From a bacterium (GTDB taxonomy: Bacteria > Acidobacteriota > Blastocatellia > HR10): 37,681 nt of DNA. The first letter of the stretch is position 1; every line of letters begins with the position of its first letter. The notes beneath the pieces are model-generated. The model saw only the letters and a list, made by a program, of their open reading frames with translations. It made no database searches and had not been told where the DNA came from. The translations under genes and the position numbers were made by a program. This document shows, piece after piece, positions 8,578 to 18,541 of the stretch. The stretch covers positions 1-37,681 of the forward strand of contig JBEPZV010000024.1 in assembly GCA_041640655.1 (NCBI GenBank), read 5' to 3'.

Positions 8578-9795
8578 ATGATGTCGCTGGATCATCTCCG
8601 ACAGCTCGCCGTGAAGACGGAGACGCGCATTGTTCAGCTCGTCGTGGATGGGCTGGGCGGATTGCCGAATGAGACAGGACGCTCAGAGCTGGAGGCCGCG
8701 CGCACGCCGAATCTGGATGAGCTGGCGCGGCGGGCCCTCTGCGGTCTGGCCGATCCCGTCGCGCCAGGGATCACGCCCGGGAGCGGACCGGGCCATCTGG
8801 CGATCTTCGGCTACGATCCGCTCCGGTGGGAGATCGGGCGCGGTGTGCTCGAAGCGTTGGGCATCGGACTGGAGTTGCAACCGGGCGATGTGGCCGCGCG
8901 CGGCAATTTCGTCACGCTCGACGGCACGGGCGCGATTGTGGATCGGCGCGCCGGTCGCATCTCGACGGAGCACTGCGTCCGGTTGTGCGCCCGATTGCAG
9001 GCGGAGATCCGCGAGATCGAGGGCGTGGAGGTCCTCATTCGTCCGGTCAAGGAGCATCGCTTCGCGCTCATTCTGAGAGGGGAGGGGTTGGGCGAGGCGG
9101 TGGACGATACAGACCCGCAACGCGTCGGCCTGAAACCCAAGCCCGTCGTCGCGCGCGATGAGGCCTCCGAGCGCACGGCGCGCGTCGTGCGGCGCTTCCT
9201 GGAGCAAGCCTTCGAGATTCTGGCCGACCAGCATCCGGCCAATGGGGTGACGCTGCGCGGCTTCTCGCGTCGGCCGGATATCCCCCCGATGGCGGAGGTC
9301 TTCCGCCTCACGCCAGCAGCCATCGCCACTTATCCCATGTATCGCGGATTGGCGCGCTTGGTCGGGATGCAGATCATCGAGACACCCCCCGAGGAAGATC
9401 TGAGCGCGCTCGCCGATCGGCTCCGCGAGAACTTCGATCGCCACGACTACTTCTACGTGCACGTGAAGAAGGCCGACAGCTACGGCGAGGATGGGAATTT
9501 CGAGGGGAAGGTGCACGTGCTCGAGCGCGTGGATGAGATCCTCATCCCCGCGATCCTCGCGCTTCGCCCTGACGTTGTGGCGATCACCGGCGATCACAGC
9601 ACGCCTTCGGTCTTGAAAGGCCACAGCTGGCACCCGGTCCCCTATCTGCTCTACGCGAGACATCTGCAATCGGACGACGTGACGGAGTTCAGCGAGCGCG
9701 CATTCATGCGCGGGGGCCTCGGACGCTTTCGTCTGGTGGACGGGTTGCCGCAGCTTCTGGCGCACGCGCAGAAGCTCTTGAAGTACGGCGCTTGA
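8578..9795 (+). CDS. apgM: 2,3-bisphosphoglycerate-independent phosphoglycerate mutase, archaeal (ApgM) type
   Basis: DGLGG, ELEAARTPNLD, TPGSGPGHLAIFGYDP, GRGVLEALG, DRRAGRI, D..GEDG, TGDHSTP, HSWHPVP, ends KYGA; SD GGAGGGAG. Confidence 0.9.
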   Translation: MMSLDHLRQLAVKTETRIVQLVVDGLGGLPNETGRSELEAARTPNLDELARRALCGLADPVAPGITPGSGPGHLAIFGYDPLRWEIGRGVLEALGIGLELQPGDVAARGNFVTLDGTGAIVDRRAGRISTEHCVRLCARLQAEIREIEGVEVLIRPVKEHRFALILRGEGLGEAVDDTDPQRVGLKPKPVVARDEASERTARVVRRFLEQAFEILADQHPANGVTLRGFSRRPDIPPMAEVFRLTPAAIATYPMYRGLARLVGMQIIETPPEEDLSALADRLRENFDRHDYFYVHVKKADSYGEDGNFEGKVHVLERVDEILIPAILALRPDVVAITGDHSTPSVLKGHSWHPVPYLLYARHLQSDDVTEFSERAFMRGGLGRFRLVDGLPQLLAHAQKLLKYGA

Positions 9796-9820
9796 CGGTG
9801 GGGAGAGGCTGTGCTAGCTT
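9792..9820 (+). promoter_or_regulatory. sigma70-type promoter of gcv operon
   Basis: TTGACG (overlapping the apgM stop), 17 bp, TAGCTT with extended TG. Confidence 0.6.
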
Positions 9821-9853
9821 GCCAAATCCGTTGGAGCGGAGACACACGGGAGA

Positions 9854-10972
9854 GTGGGGAGCGCGAACGTGGTCGCGACGCAACCGAGACGATCACCGCT
9901 GCATGCGATGCATGAGGCGTTGGGCGCGCGGTTCACGGAGTTCGCCGGGTGGCTCATGCCCGTTCAGTACACGGGAGCCGTCGAGGAGCATCTGACCGTA
10001 CGCACGGCCGCCGGCCTCTTCGATGTGAGCCACATGGGGCGTTTGGAGGTTCGCGGTCGCGACGCTCTGACCCTCATTCAAAAGGTGACGTGCAACGATG
10101 CCGCGCGTCTGCGCGATCATCAGGTGCAGTATTCGGCGCTCACGACCGAGCGCGGGACGTTCGTGGACGATCTCACTGTCTATCGCTTCCGCGAGGATCA
10201 TTTCTTGCTCTGCGTCAACGCGGCGAATCGGGAGAAGGACCTGCGGTGGATCCAGCAGCATCGGGAGGATGAAGAGGCGGAGGTCTACGATGTGAGCGAT
10301 CAGATGGCGCAACTGGCCCTTCAAGGGCCAGCGGCCACCGAGATCCTCCAGCCGTTGACCGATGTGCAATTGGATCACATCCGCTTCTACTGGTTCGAGC
10401 AGGGGGAAGTGGCGGGCGTCTCCGCTCTCATCTCGCGGACCGGATATACAGGGGAAGACGGGTTCGAGCTGTATATCCCCGCGGCGTCGGCCGAATGGGT
10501 GTGGAATCGGCTGCTCGACGCCGGGCAGAGTGCGGGGATGAAGCCCTGCGGTCTGGCGGCTCGGAACACGCTCCGGCTGGAAGCGCGCCTGCTACTGTAC
10601 GGCCATGACATGGATGAGACGACGACGGTGTGGGAGGCCGATCTCGGGTGGATCGTGAAGCTGGAGAAGGGAGACTTCATCGGGCGCGAGGCCCTGCGGC
10701 GGCAAAAAGCGGAGGGGCTGCGGCGTAAACTCGTCGGGTTCGAAGTCCTCGATCGCGCTCCGGCGCGCGAGGGATACCCCGTCCTCATCCACGGTCGCGT
10801 CGTGGGACAGGTGACCTCAGGCAGCTATGCGCCGTTCCTTCGGAAGAACATCGGGTTGACGTATCTGCCTATCGAACACACGGCGATCGGGACGAGATTC
10901 CATATCCGCGTTCGCGAGCGCGAGGTCGAGGCGGAGGTCGTGCCCACGCCCTTCTACAAGAGGCCGAGATAG
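9854..10972 (+). CDS. gcvT: glycine cleavage system aminomethyltransferase T
   Basis: FAGWLMPVQY, GLFDVSHMG, SRTGYTGEDGFE, GLAARNTLRLEA and PFYK. Confidence 0.96.
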   Translation: MGSANVVATQPRRSPLHAMHEALGARFTEFAGWLMPVQYTGAVEEHLTVRTAAGLFDVSHMGRLEVRGRDALTLIQKVTCNDAARLRDHQVQYSALTTERGTFVDDLTVYRFREDHFLLCVNAANREKDLRWIQQHREDEEAEVYDVSDQMAQLALQGPAATEILQPLTDVQLDHIRFYWFEQGEVAGVSALISRTGYTGEDGFELYIPAASAEWVWNRLLDAGQSAGMKPCGLAARNTLRLEARLLLYGHDMDETTTVWEADLGWIVKLEKGDFIGREALRRQKAEGLRRKLVGFEVLDRAPAREGYPVLIHGRVVGQVTSGSYAPFLRKNIGLTYLPIEHTAIGTRFHIRVREREVEAEVVPTPFYKRPR

Positions 10973-11015
10973 GCGCGGCCTCGTCGCGTGAAGATCGTGG
11001 GGAGGGAGGATGAGG

Positions 11016-11417
11016 ATGGCGACATATCCTGAGGATTGCCTCTATACGCGAGAGCACGAATGGATCCGCGTCGAGGATGACGTGGGGGTGATCGGCATCA
11101 CCGATTATGCGCAGGAGGCGCTCGGCGACATCGTCTATGTCGAGTTGCCGAGCGTGGGCGATCACTTCAGTCAAGGTGAGCCCTTCGGCAACGTCGAATC
11201 GGTCAAGGCCGTGAGCGAGCTCTATATGCCCGTGAGCGGAGAGGTCGTGGAGATCAATGAGGACCTGGCCGAGTCCCCGCAGCTCGTCAATGAAGATCCG
11301 TATGGCGACGGATGGATGGTGAAGATCACGCTCTCGGACCCGACCGAGCTGGAGACGCTCATGTCCGCCAGTGAGTACGAGGAGTACGTGAAGGAGGAGC
11401 GGCAGAAGGAGAAGTGA
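11016..11417 (+). CDS. gcvH: glycine cleavage system H protein
   Basis: YTREHEW, GITDYAQEALGDIVYVELP, lipoyl motif VESVKAVSE and VNEDPYGDGW; alternative start 11010. Confidence 0.96.
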   Translation: MATYPEDCLYTREHEWIRVEDDVGVIGITDYAQEALGDIVYVELPSVGDHFSQGEPFGNVESVKAVSELYMPVSGEVVEINEDLAESPQLVNEDPYGDGWMVKITLSDPTELETLMSASEYEEYVKEERQKEK

Positions 11418-11482
11418 AGCGTTCCCCCGGAGTGGGGTCCCGGGCGCGCCAGGGGCGACGGTCAGAAGAAGCGCCAGAGAGG

Positions 11483-12829
11483 ATGGGTATGCGCTATATT
11501 CCGAACTCGTCGCAAGAGCGGGCCGAGATGTTGCGAGAGATCGGCTGCGCGACGATCGAGGAGCTCTTCCGCTCCATCCCGGAGAAATTTCGCTTGCGAG
11601 AGCCGCTGCGCCTCCCTGCGGCGCGATCGGAGGCGGAGCTGCTCGCCTTCTTTCGCGAGCTGGCCGCGCGCAATGCGGCGGCGACCGAATACACCGTCTT
11701 CCTCGGCGCGGGCGCCTATCACCACTTCATCCCCTCGGTGGTGGAGGCGCTCATCTCGCGCGCGGAATTCTTCACGGTCTATACGCCCTATCAGCCGGAG
11801 ATCGCGCAGGGGACGCTGCAAGCCCTCTTCGAGTACCAGACGCTCATCTGTGAGCTCACGGGCATGGAGGTCGCCAATGCCTCGCTCTATGACGGTTCGA
11901 CGGCCTTGGCGGAAGCTGTGCTCATGGCCGAGCGCCTGACCCATCGGCGCGAGATCCTCATGGCGCGGAGCGTCCATCCCGAATATCGAGAGGTCGTCCG
12001 CACCTACACGCGGACGCTCGGCCTGAACGTGCGACTGATGGAGTATGATCCGGAGACCGGCCGTCTTCAGGCACGGACTGTGATGCCGAGCGCGGAGACG
12101 GCCGCCGTCATCGTTCAATCGCCCAACTTCTTCGGCGTCATCGAGGATCTTGAAGCCATCGCCGCGCGCGCGCATGAGGTGGGGGCATTGTTCATCGTGG
12201 TCATCACCGAGCCGATCAGTCTGGGCCTGCTGCGTCCGCCGGGGGAGCTGGGCGCCGATATCGTCGTCGGCGAGGGGCAATCCTTCGGGATTCCGCTCAG
12301 CTTCGGCGGCCCTTCCCTCGGGATCTTCGCCACGCGCGAACGGTTCGTGCGGCAGATGCCCGGACGCATCGTCGGTCAAGCTTTCGATGCGCAGGGGCGG
12401 CGGGGATTTGTCATGACGCTGGCCACGCGCGAGCAATATATTCGGCGCGAGAAGGCCACCTCCAATATCTGCACGAGCCAGGAGCTGTGCGCCATCATGG
12501 CGGCCATCTATCTCTCGACGATGGGGCCGCGCGGATTGCGCGACGTCGCTGAGCAGAACGCCCAGAAGGCGGCCTATCTGGCGCGCGAGATCGCGCGGCA
12601 GTCGGGATTCCGCCTCCGGTTCTCCGGATCGCACTTCAACGAATTCGTCGTCCACTCGGAGCGCCCCGTCGCTCTGGTCCTCGAGAGATTGCGCGAGCGG
12701 AAGATCCTGGGCGGTCTTCCTCTGGAGCGCTATTATCCCGAGCTGCGCGAATGCTTCCTCGTCTGCGTGACAGAGGCGATCCCGCGCTCGGCGATCGAGG
12801 CCTATCTGCGCGTTTTGGATGAGTTATGA
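11483..12829 (+). CDS. gcvPA: glycine dehydrogenase (decarboxylating) subunit 1
   Basis: [34 protein letters not shown] and [12 protein letters not shown]; start ATG 11483 or 11489 after GAGAGG. Confidence 0.95.
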   Translation: MGMRYIPNSSQERAEMLREIGCATIEELFRSIPEKFRLREPLRLPAARSEAELLAFFRELAARNAAATEYTVFLGAGAYHHFIPSVVEALISRAEFFTVYTPYQPEIAQGTLQALFEYQTLICELTGMEVANASLYDGSTALAEAVLMAERLTHRREILMARSVHPEYREVVRTYTRTLGLNVRLMEYDPETGRLQARTVMPSAETAAVIVQSPNFFGVIEDLEAIAARAHEVGALFIVVITEPISLGLLRPPGELGADIVVGEGQSFGIPLSFGGPSLGIFATRERFVRQMPGRIVGQAFDAQGRRGFVMTLATREQYIRREKATSNICTSQELCAIMAAIYLSTMGPRGLRDVAEQNAQKAAYLAREIARQSGFRLRFSGSHFNEFVVHSERPVALVLERLRERKILGGLPLERYYPELRECFLVCVTEAIPRSAIEAYLRVLDEL

Positions 12830-14364
12830 TGGTCACACCATGTCATGTCACTCGAGATGAAGCCCTGATCTTCGAGCGCTCTCGACCGGGGCGGACAGCG
12901 TACAGTCTGCCTCCGCTCGATGTCCCCACAGTTCCGCTGGAGACGTGGATCGAGTCGCGCTTTCTGCGTGCGGATCAGTTGGCCGGCTTGCCCGAGGTGA
13001 GCGAAGTGGACGTCATCCGGCATTTCACCCGGCTCTCGCGCTGGAACTATGCCGTGGACCTCGGGATGTATCCGCTCGGCTCCTGCACGATGAAGTACAA
13101 CCCGAAGGTGAACGAGCGCGTGGCGCGACTGGAGGGATTCGCGCAGCATCATCCGCTCACGCCGGAGGAGCTCTCGCAAGGGAGCTTGGAAGTCCTCAAG
13201 ATGCTGGAGGAACTGCTGTGCGAGATCACGGGCATGGCGGCCGGCTGCTTGCAACCGGCCGCGGGGGCGCATGGGGAGTTGACGGGCCTGCTGCTCATCC
13301 GCGCGTGCCTGGAGGCGCGTGGGGATGCCCGCCAGAAAGTCCTCATCCCGGATTCCGCGCATGGGACCAATCCCGCGAGCGCGGCCATCTGCGGCTATCG
13401 CGTGCAGACGATCCCCTCCACCGAACGGGGCCTCATTGATCTGGAGGCGCTTCGTCGCGCAGCCGATCGCGAGACGGCCGCCCTCATGCTCACCAATCCC
13501 AACACGCTCGGACTCTTCGAGGAGGAGATCGAGGAGATCGTGCGCATCGTGCATGAAGCCGGGGGATTGGTCTACATGGACGGGGCGAATATGAACGCGC
13601 TGGTGGGGATCGCTCGCCCGGGCGATATGGGGGTGGACGTCATCCATCTCAACATCCATAAGACCTTCTCCACGCCGCATGGCGGAGGCGGCCCCGGAGC
13701 TGGCCCTGTCCTCGTGACGTCGGAGTTGGAACCATTTCTCCCCGTGCCGCGCATCGTGCGCCGTCCTGACGGGACGCTGGCGCTCGATTACGATCGGCCG
13801 CGCTCGATCGGACGCGTGCGCGCCTTCTACGGGAACTTCGGGGTGCTCGTGCGCGGCTTGAGCTATATCCTGACCATGGGTCCCGAGGGCTTGCGCGAGG
13901 TCGCCGAGACGGCCGTCCTCAATGCCAATTATCTCGCGCATCAGCTGAAGGACACGTACGAGATCGCCTATCCCGGTCCCGTCATGCACGAAGTGGTCTT
14001 CTCGGACAAGCGGCAACGGGCGTACGGGGTGCGGAACGTGGACATCGCCAAGCGCCTCATTGATTACGGCTTCCATCCCCCGACGATGTCCTTCCCCCTC
14101 ATCGTCCCCGGAGCCCTCATGGTCGAGCCGACCGAGACCGAAGGCCGCGAGGAGTTGGATCTGTTCATCGCGGCCATGAAGGCGATTGATCGCGAGTGCC
14201 GGGAGAATCCGGAGCTCGTGCGCACGGCGCCCCATCAGACGCGCCTCGGACGCTTGGATGAAGTTTCAGCCGCGCGACGTCCGGTCTTGCGGTGGCGTCC
14301 GAAGGAGTCGAGCGCGCCATCGGAGTCGCTGTCGGAGAAGCGCGTCGCGTCACCCGAGCCCTGA
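12826..14364 (+). CDS. gcvPB: glycine dehydrogenase (decarboxylating) subunit 2
   Basis: [49 protein letters not shown] (PLP Lys) and EPTETE; ATGA overlap with gcvPA. Confidence 0.96.
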   Translation: MMVTPCHVTRDEALIFERSRPGRTAYSLPPLDVPTVPLETWIESRFLRADQLAGLPEVSEVDVIRHFTRLSRWNYAVDLGMYPLGSCTMKYNPKVNERVARLEGFAQHHPLTPEELSQGSLEVLKMLEELLCEITGMAAGCLQPAAGAHGELTGLLLIRACLEARGDARQKVLIPDSAHGTNPASAAICGYRVQTIPSTERGLIDLEALRRAADRETAALMLTNPNTLGLFEEEIEEIVRIVHEAGGLVYMDGANMNALVGIARPGDMGVDVIHLNIHKTFSTPHGGGGPGAGPVLVTSELEPFLPVPRIVRRPDGTLALDYDRPRSIGRVRAFYGNFGVLVRGLSYILTMGPEGLREVAETAVLNANYLAHQLKDTYEIAYPGPVMHEVVFSDKRQRAYGVRNVDIAKRLIDYGFHPPTMSFPLIVPGALMVEPTETEGREELDLFIAAMKAIDRECRENPELVRTAPHQTRLGRLDEVSAARRPVLRWRPKESSAPSESLSEKRVASPEP

Positions 14365-14374
14365 GCGTTCGGCT

Positions 14375-15313
14375 TCAGGAGAGCGTCAGCTCGGATTCCT
14401 CCTCGCGATGCCGCGCCAGAGAGATGCCGAGTAGGATCACGGCCGCTCCCACCAGTTGCTCCGCACCCGGGCGTTCATTCAAACCGATCCACGCGACCAC
14501 GAGCGCGATCGCCGGACTCAGGTTCGAGTAGATGGCCGTGCGCGTGCTCCCCAGGTGTTTGACCCCGTAGTTCCACGCCAGGAAACAGAAGACGATGGCG
14601 CCGAGCGCGCTGAACAGCAGCGCCCCCCACGCCGTTGGGCGAATCGCCGCCCACGATTGGGCGCGCAGCTCCGGAAGCGAGATCGCCACCAGGGGAATGG
14701 TCCCCGAGATCATCACCAACAGCGTGCTCTTCAACGCGCCGTAGCGATGAACGTAGCGCTTCAATCCGATCGTGTACAGCGACCAGCACACGGTCGCCAC
14801 AAGCAGCAGCACATCGCCCAGCACGCTCTGGTGGGGCTGACCGTCGGCTCCGAAGGGGGGACGAAATCCCCGCAGACGGCTCCAATCCTCGCCGACGATG
14901 AGGGCGATCCCCAGCAGCGAGAGCCCGATGCCCAAGGCCGTCCGTCGGGTCACTCGCTCTTGCCCCCGCACGGCATTCAAAAAGGCGACGACCATGGGCG
15001 TCGTCGCCAAGATCAGGGCCGCTGTGCTCGCGCGCGAGCGCGCCAGGCCCTCGATGAAGGCCACCTGATAGATCGTATTCGCCAGGATGCCCAACACGAT
15101 GAGCGCGCCGAGGTCTTCGCTCTCGACGGCCCACGTCCCCCGTCGCAGGCGAAAGAGCAGGGCGAGCGTCGCCGACGCGAGGATGAATCGCAAGGCGTTG
15201 AAGCTCAAGGGGGAGAAGTCCTGAAGGGCGATCTTCACGATGGTGAAATTGACGGCCCAGACCGTGGCCATCAGGGCGAGCAGCCCATCCACCCAGTTCA
15301 ACCGGTTCCGCAT
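14375..15313 (-). CDS. EamA/DMT family transporter
   Basis: About 10 hydrophobic helices in two EamA repeats (W..NF...K; GD.L.L....WS.Y; L.E.P....GA..IL.G); start overlaps the DUF72 stop (TGATG) with SD GGAGAGG. Confidence 0.9.
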   Translation of the reverse strand: MRNRLNWVDGLLALMATVWAVNFTIVKIALQDFSPLSFNALRFILASATLALLFRLRRGTWAVESEDLGALIVLGILANTIYQVAFIEGLARSRASTAALILATTPMVVAFLNAVRGQERVTRRTALGIGLSLLGIALIVGEDWSRLRGFRPPFGADGQPHQSVLGDVLLLVATVCWSLYTIGLKRYVHRYGALKSTLLVMISGTIPLVAISLPELRAQSWAAIRPTAWGALLFSALGAIVFCFLAWNYGVKHLGSTRTAIYSNLSPAIALVVAWIGLNERPGAEQLVGAAVILLGISLARHREEESELTLS

Positions 15314-16080
15314 CACCGTCCTCTCCCGCGCATCCGTTTCGTCAGGCGTTCGACGCATTCTATCAACGTGCGCGCGTTCGCGACAGCGTAGCCGTGGAAG
15401 TCATTGTTGAAATACGCGTAGACATCGAGCCCCTCCGCGTGCCAGGCGCGAATCCGTTCGGCGATCGCGCGCAATTGCGTCTCCTCATAGGTGGACGCGT
15501 AGAGGGCTCCTGGCCCGTGAAAGCGCAGATAGACGAAGGGCGCCGTCACCACGTCGGCTGTGGGATACCGTCCGCCGGAATCAGCCTGGCAGAGGGCGAT
15601 CTCATAACGGCGCAGCACCGCATAGGCCTCCTCCTGCAGCCATGTCCGATGTCGCGGCTCAAGCGCATACCGAATGCGCGGGCTCTCACGGCGAAGCTCA
15701 CGAAGGAACCCCTCCACGCGATCCGGATCGAAGCGCAAGCTCGGGGGGAGTTGGATCAGGACGACGCCGAGTTTACGTCCGAAGCCCGCGATCATCTCCA
15801 GGAAGGTCTTCAACGCCGCCTCAGCGTCGCTCAGCCGATGCCGATGCGTGATCCGACGGTTCATCTTGACCGAGAAGATGAAGTCCTCTGGCGTCGCGCT
15901 CACCCATCGTCGCACCGTCGTCTCCCTGGGCATGCGATAGAACGTGACATTCAGCTCGACGGTTCGAAAATGGCGGCTGTAGAACTCCAGCCATTCGGAC
16001 GCGGGGAGGTCCTCCAGATAGAAGAGGCCCTTCCAGTGCGCGTAATTCCACCCGGATGTGCCGATCGCGATGCGACTCAT
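15313..16080 (-). CDS. DUF72 (YecE/YunF) family protein
   Basis: IGTSGWNY.HW...FY, F.TVELN.TFYR.P, FSVK....ITH, QLPPS, YLRFHG and YAYFNND; ATGA overlap with the pgeF stop. Confidence 0.92.
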   Translation of the reverse strand: MSRIAIGTSGWNYAHWKGLFYLEDLPASEWLEFYSRHFRTVELNVTFYRMPRETTVRRWVSATPEDFIFSVKMNRRITHRHRLSDAEAALKTFLEMIAGFGRKLGVVLIQLPPSLRFDPDRVEGFLRELRRESPRIRYALEPRHRTWLQEEAYAVLRRYEIALCQADSGGRYPTADVVTAPFVYLRFHGPGALYASTYEETQLRAIAERIRAWHAEGLDVYAYFNNDFHGYAVANARTLIECVERLTKRMRGRGR

Positions 16081-16895
16081 GATGAGGACTCTCCGATCAC
16101 CGAGAGCATGCGTCCGGTGCGATCCGTGGTCTTGGCGTCGCGCCGATACGAGAAGAAGAGTTGTGGATGACACGCCGTGCACAGCCCGCTCGCGAAGATG
16201 CGGGCGCGCGACAGCCCGCACGCGAGCAATTGACGGATGTTGGCCTCCACCAGATCCAGGCGCGCCCGGCCCGAAGCCGTCGGAGCCACGATCACCACTT
16301 CGGCGTAAGGGAACTCCCGGCGGAATGGCTCCAGCACATCGGGGCCGACTTCATAGCAGCACGGACCAATGGTCGGGCCGATCGCCACATAACAGTCTTC
16401 CACGCGCGTCCCGAAACGGGCGACCATCGCCGCCAGTGCGCGCTCGACGATCCGTCCGAGCGTGCCGCGCCATCCGGCGTGAACGGCCGCGCGCGCACGC
16501 GTCCGTGGATCGAAGATGAAGATCGGCGCGCAATCGGCCGTCTGAATGCCCAACACGACCTCGCTCGAGCGCGTCGCCACAGCATCACCGATGGGCGGAG
16601 ACTCTGACCACAATGCTCCCTCTGACGGATCGAAGACGAGACAGCGATTCGTGTGTCGCTGTCGCAGCGTGATCAGAGGACGATGGGCCAGGCCCACGGC
16701 GGAGAGGAATGGGGCGAACATGTGCTCGGGGCGGCGTCGGCCATCGGCGCGCGATTCGCCTTGCAAAGGGCCTTCACGTGCGGCATGCTCTTGCTGAGAC
16801 CGCGTGCTCGTGGCCACGATCACGCCGAAGGCGAGCAGGGGCGTGCACACGAGGTGAGAGCGGCCATCACGCGTGCTGAGGTGAAAGTCGCGCAT
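16077..16895 (-). CDS. pgeF: PgeF/YfiH (laccase-domain, purine nucleoside phosphorylase-like) protein
   Basis: Q.H, DA..T, TADC.PI, AVHAGWRG, IGP.IGPCCYEVG and CT.C...FFSYRR...GR; start placed at ATG 16895 (MRDFHL). Confidence 0.92.
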   Translation of the reverse strand: MRDFHLSTRDGRSHLVCTPLLAFGVIVATSTRSQQEHAAREGPLQGESRADGRRRPEHMFAPFLSAVGLAHRPLITLRQRHTNRCLVFDPSEGALWSESPPIGDAVATRSSEVVLGIQTADCAPIFIFDPRTRARAAVHAGWRGTLGRIVERALAAMVARFGTRVEDCYVAIGPTIGPCCYEVGPDVLEPFRREFPYAEVVIVAPTASGRARLDLVEANIRQLLACGLSRARIFASGLCTACHPQLFFSYRRDAKTTDRTGRMLSVIGESSS

Positions 16896-17271
16896 GATCG
16901 TCGGCATCGGCATAGACGTCGTGGAGATCTCGCGCATCGAGGAGACGATCGCGCGGTTCGGCGACCGCTTCCTCCGACGCGTCTTCACGCCGGCGGAGAT
17001 CGCTTACTGTCAGCGCGCCGCGCATCCGGCCGAGCGCTTCGCCGCGCGCTTCGCCGCCAAAGAGGCGGCGCTCAAGGCGCTCGGTACCGGCAAGCGCGGT
17101 GGCATCCGCTGGCACGACGTGGAGATTGTACCATCGCCGAGCGGGCAGCCGCGAATCGAATTGCATGCTCGAGCCCACGAGCGCCTGCGGGCTTTGGGCG
17201 GGCGTCGCGCTCACGTCTCACTCTCGCACGGTCGCGATCTGGCCGTCGCACAGGTCATCCTCGAGGGCTGA
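16894..17271 (+). CDS. acpS: holo-[acyl-carrier-protein] synthase
   Basis: MIVGIGIDVVEISRI, F..RVFT..E, AARFAAKEA..KALGTG, G.P and HVSLSH. Confidence 0.96.
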   Translation: MIVGIGIDVVEISRIEETIARFGDRFLRRVFTPAEIAYCQRAAHPAERFAARFAAKEAALKALGTGKRGGIRWHDVEIVPSPSGQPRIELHARAHERLRALGGRRAHVSLSHGRDLAVAQVILEG

Positions 17272-17361
17272 GATCTCGGCCGGAGCTCGGCGCGGGCGAT
17301 GGGGACGTCGGAGCACGCCTTCGGATCACCGCCGCTCACCCTCGCCGTCCTCTTCATGCTC

Positions 17362-17390
17362 TTGCGCTGACGGCGAAGACGGCTTACACT
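17362..17390 (+). promoter_or_regulatory. sigma70-type promoter for PD40-patatin pair
   Basis: TTGCGC, 17 bp, TACACT. Confidence 0.55.
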
Positions 17391-17455
17391 CATTGGCTCC
17401 TAAGAGGAGACCTGCACATCGCGGCGAAAAAAAACCTTCGATGGAGAGGGACGTC

Positions 17456-18541
17456 GTGAGCGAACGTCTGGGAATTCGAATCGGCGCTCTCCTCCTCACC
17501 CTGATGGGCGCCAGTGTCGCTTCCCCTTCTTCCGTCACGCAGGAACGCGAAGCGGCTGAGCCGCGCGGCTTGCTCTTCCCCGGCGAGGAGCGTCATCTGG
17601 CCAATATTCGCCAGCTCACCTTCGGGGGCGAGAACGCCGAGGCCTATTTCTCCGCCGATGGGAAGAAGCTCATCTTTCAATCCACGCGCCCGCCGTTTCT
17701 GTGCGATCAGATCTTCATCCTCGATCTGGAGACCAGCGAGGTGCGCCTGGTCAGCACGGGGAAAGGGCGGACGACCTGCGCCTACTTCTTCCCCAAGGGG
17801 GATCGCATCATCTACTCCTCGACGCATCATATCAGCCCGGACTGTCCCCCGCCTCCCGATCGCGCCCGCGGTTATGTCTGGGCGCTCTATGAGAGCTATG
17901 ACATCTTCTCGGCTCGCGCGGATGGTTCCGATCTCCGACAGCTCACCCACACGCCGGGTTATGATGCCGAAGCGACGATCTCCCCCGATGGGAAGAAGAT
18001 CGTCTTCACCTCGATGCGTGACGGTGATCCGGACATCTACGTCATGGATGCCGATGGACGCAACGTGAAGCGCCTGACGCGCACGCCGGGTTACGATGGT
18101 GGCGCTTTCTTCTCCCCCGATGGGAAGCGCATCGTCTATCGCGCCCATCATCCCCGGAATATGGCTGAACTCGCCGATTTTCAAGCCTTGCTCAAGGGGG
18201 GAGCCCTCCGCCCCATGCGGCTGGAGATCTATGTCATGGACGCCGACGGCTCGCGACAGCGCCAGATCACCAACAACGGCGCCGCCAACTTCGCTCCCTT
18301 CTTCCATCCGAGCGGCCGACGGATCATCTTCTCGTCCAATCATCATGATCCCGCGCGGCGCAATTTCGACCTCTTCCTCATCAACGACGATGGGACGGGA
18401 CTTGAACGCATCACGTTCAATCCGACTTTCGACGGCTTTCCCATGTTCTCGCCGGATGGACGAAAGCTCGTCTTCGCCTCCAATCGCAACGCGCGAACGC
18501 CTGGGGAGACCAATATCTTCATCGCCGATTGGATCCCGTGA
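17456..18541 (+). CDS. secreted TolB-like PD40 (WD40-like) beta-propeller protein
   Basis: Signal peptide; repeats QLTFGGENAEAYFS.DGK.LIF, GYDAEATISPDGKKIVFTS and FDGFPMFSPDGRKLVFASNR; GTG 17456 after GGAGAGGG (alternative ATG 17441). Confidence 0.88.
   Translation: MSERLGIRIGALLLTLMGASVASPSSVTQEREAAEPRGLLFPGEERHLANIRQLTFGGENAEAYFSADGKKLIFQSTRPPFLCDQIFILDLETSEVRLVSTGKGRTTCAYFFPKGDRIIYSSTHHISPDCPPPPDRARGYVWALYESYDIFSARADGSDLRQLTHTPGYDAEATISPDGKKIVFTSMRDGDPDIYVMDADGRNVKRLTRTPGYDGGAFFSPDGKRIVYRAHHPRNMAELADFQALLKGGALRPMRLEIYVMDADGSRQRQITNNGAANFAPFFHPSGRRIIFSSNHHDPARRNFDLFLINDDGTGLERITFNPTFDGFPMFSPDGRKLVFASNRNARTPGETNIFIADWIP

Noticed and set aside
9796..9853. Glycine riboswitch upstream of gcvT
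   Set aside because: Only about 30 nt lie between the -10 box and the start codon, leaving no room for the aptamer, and its motifs are absent.
14365..16895. Site-specific invertible segment (EamA-DUF72-pgeF)
   Set aside because: No inverted repeats at the two junctions and no recombinase in the window.
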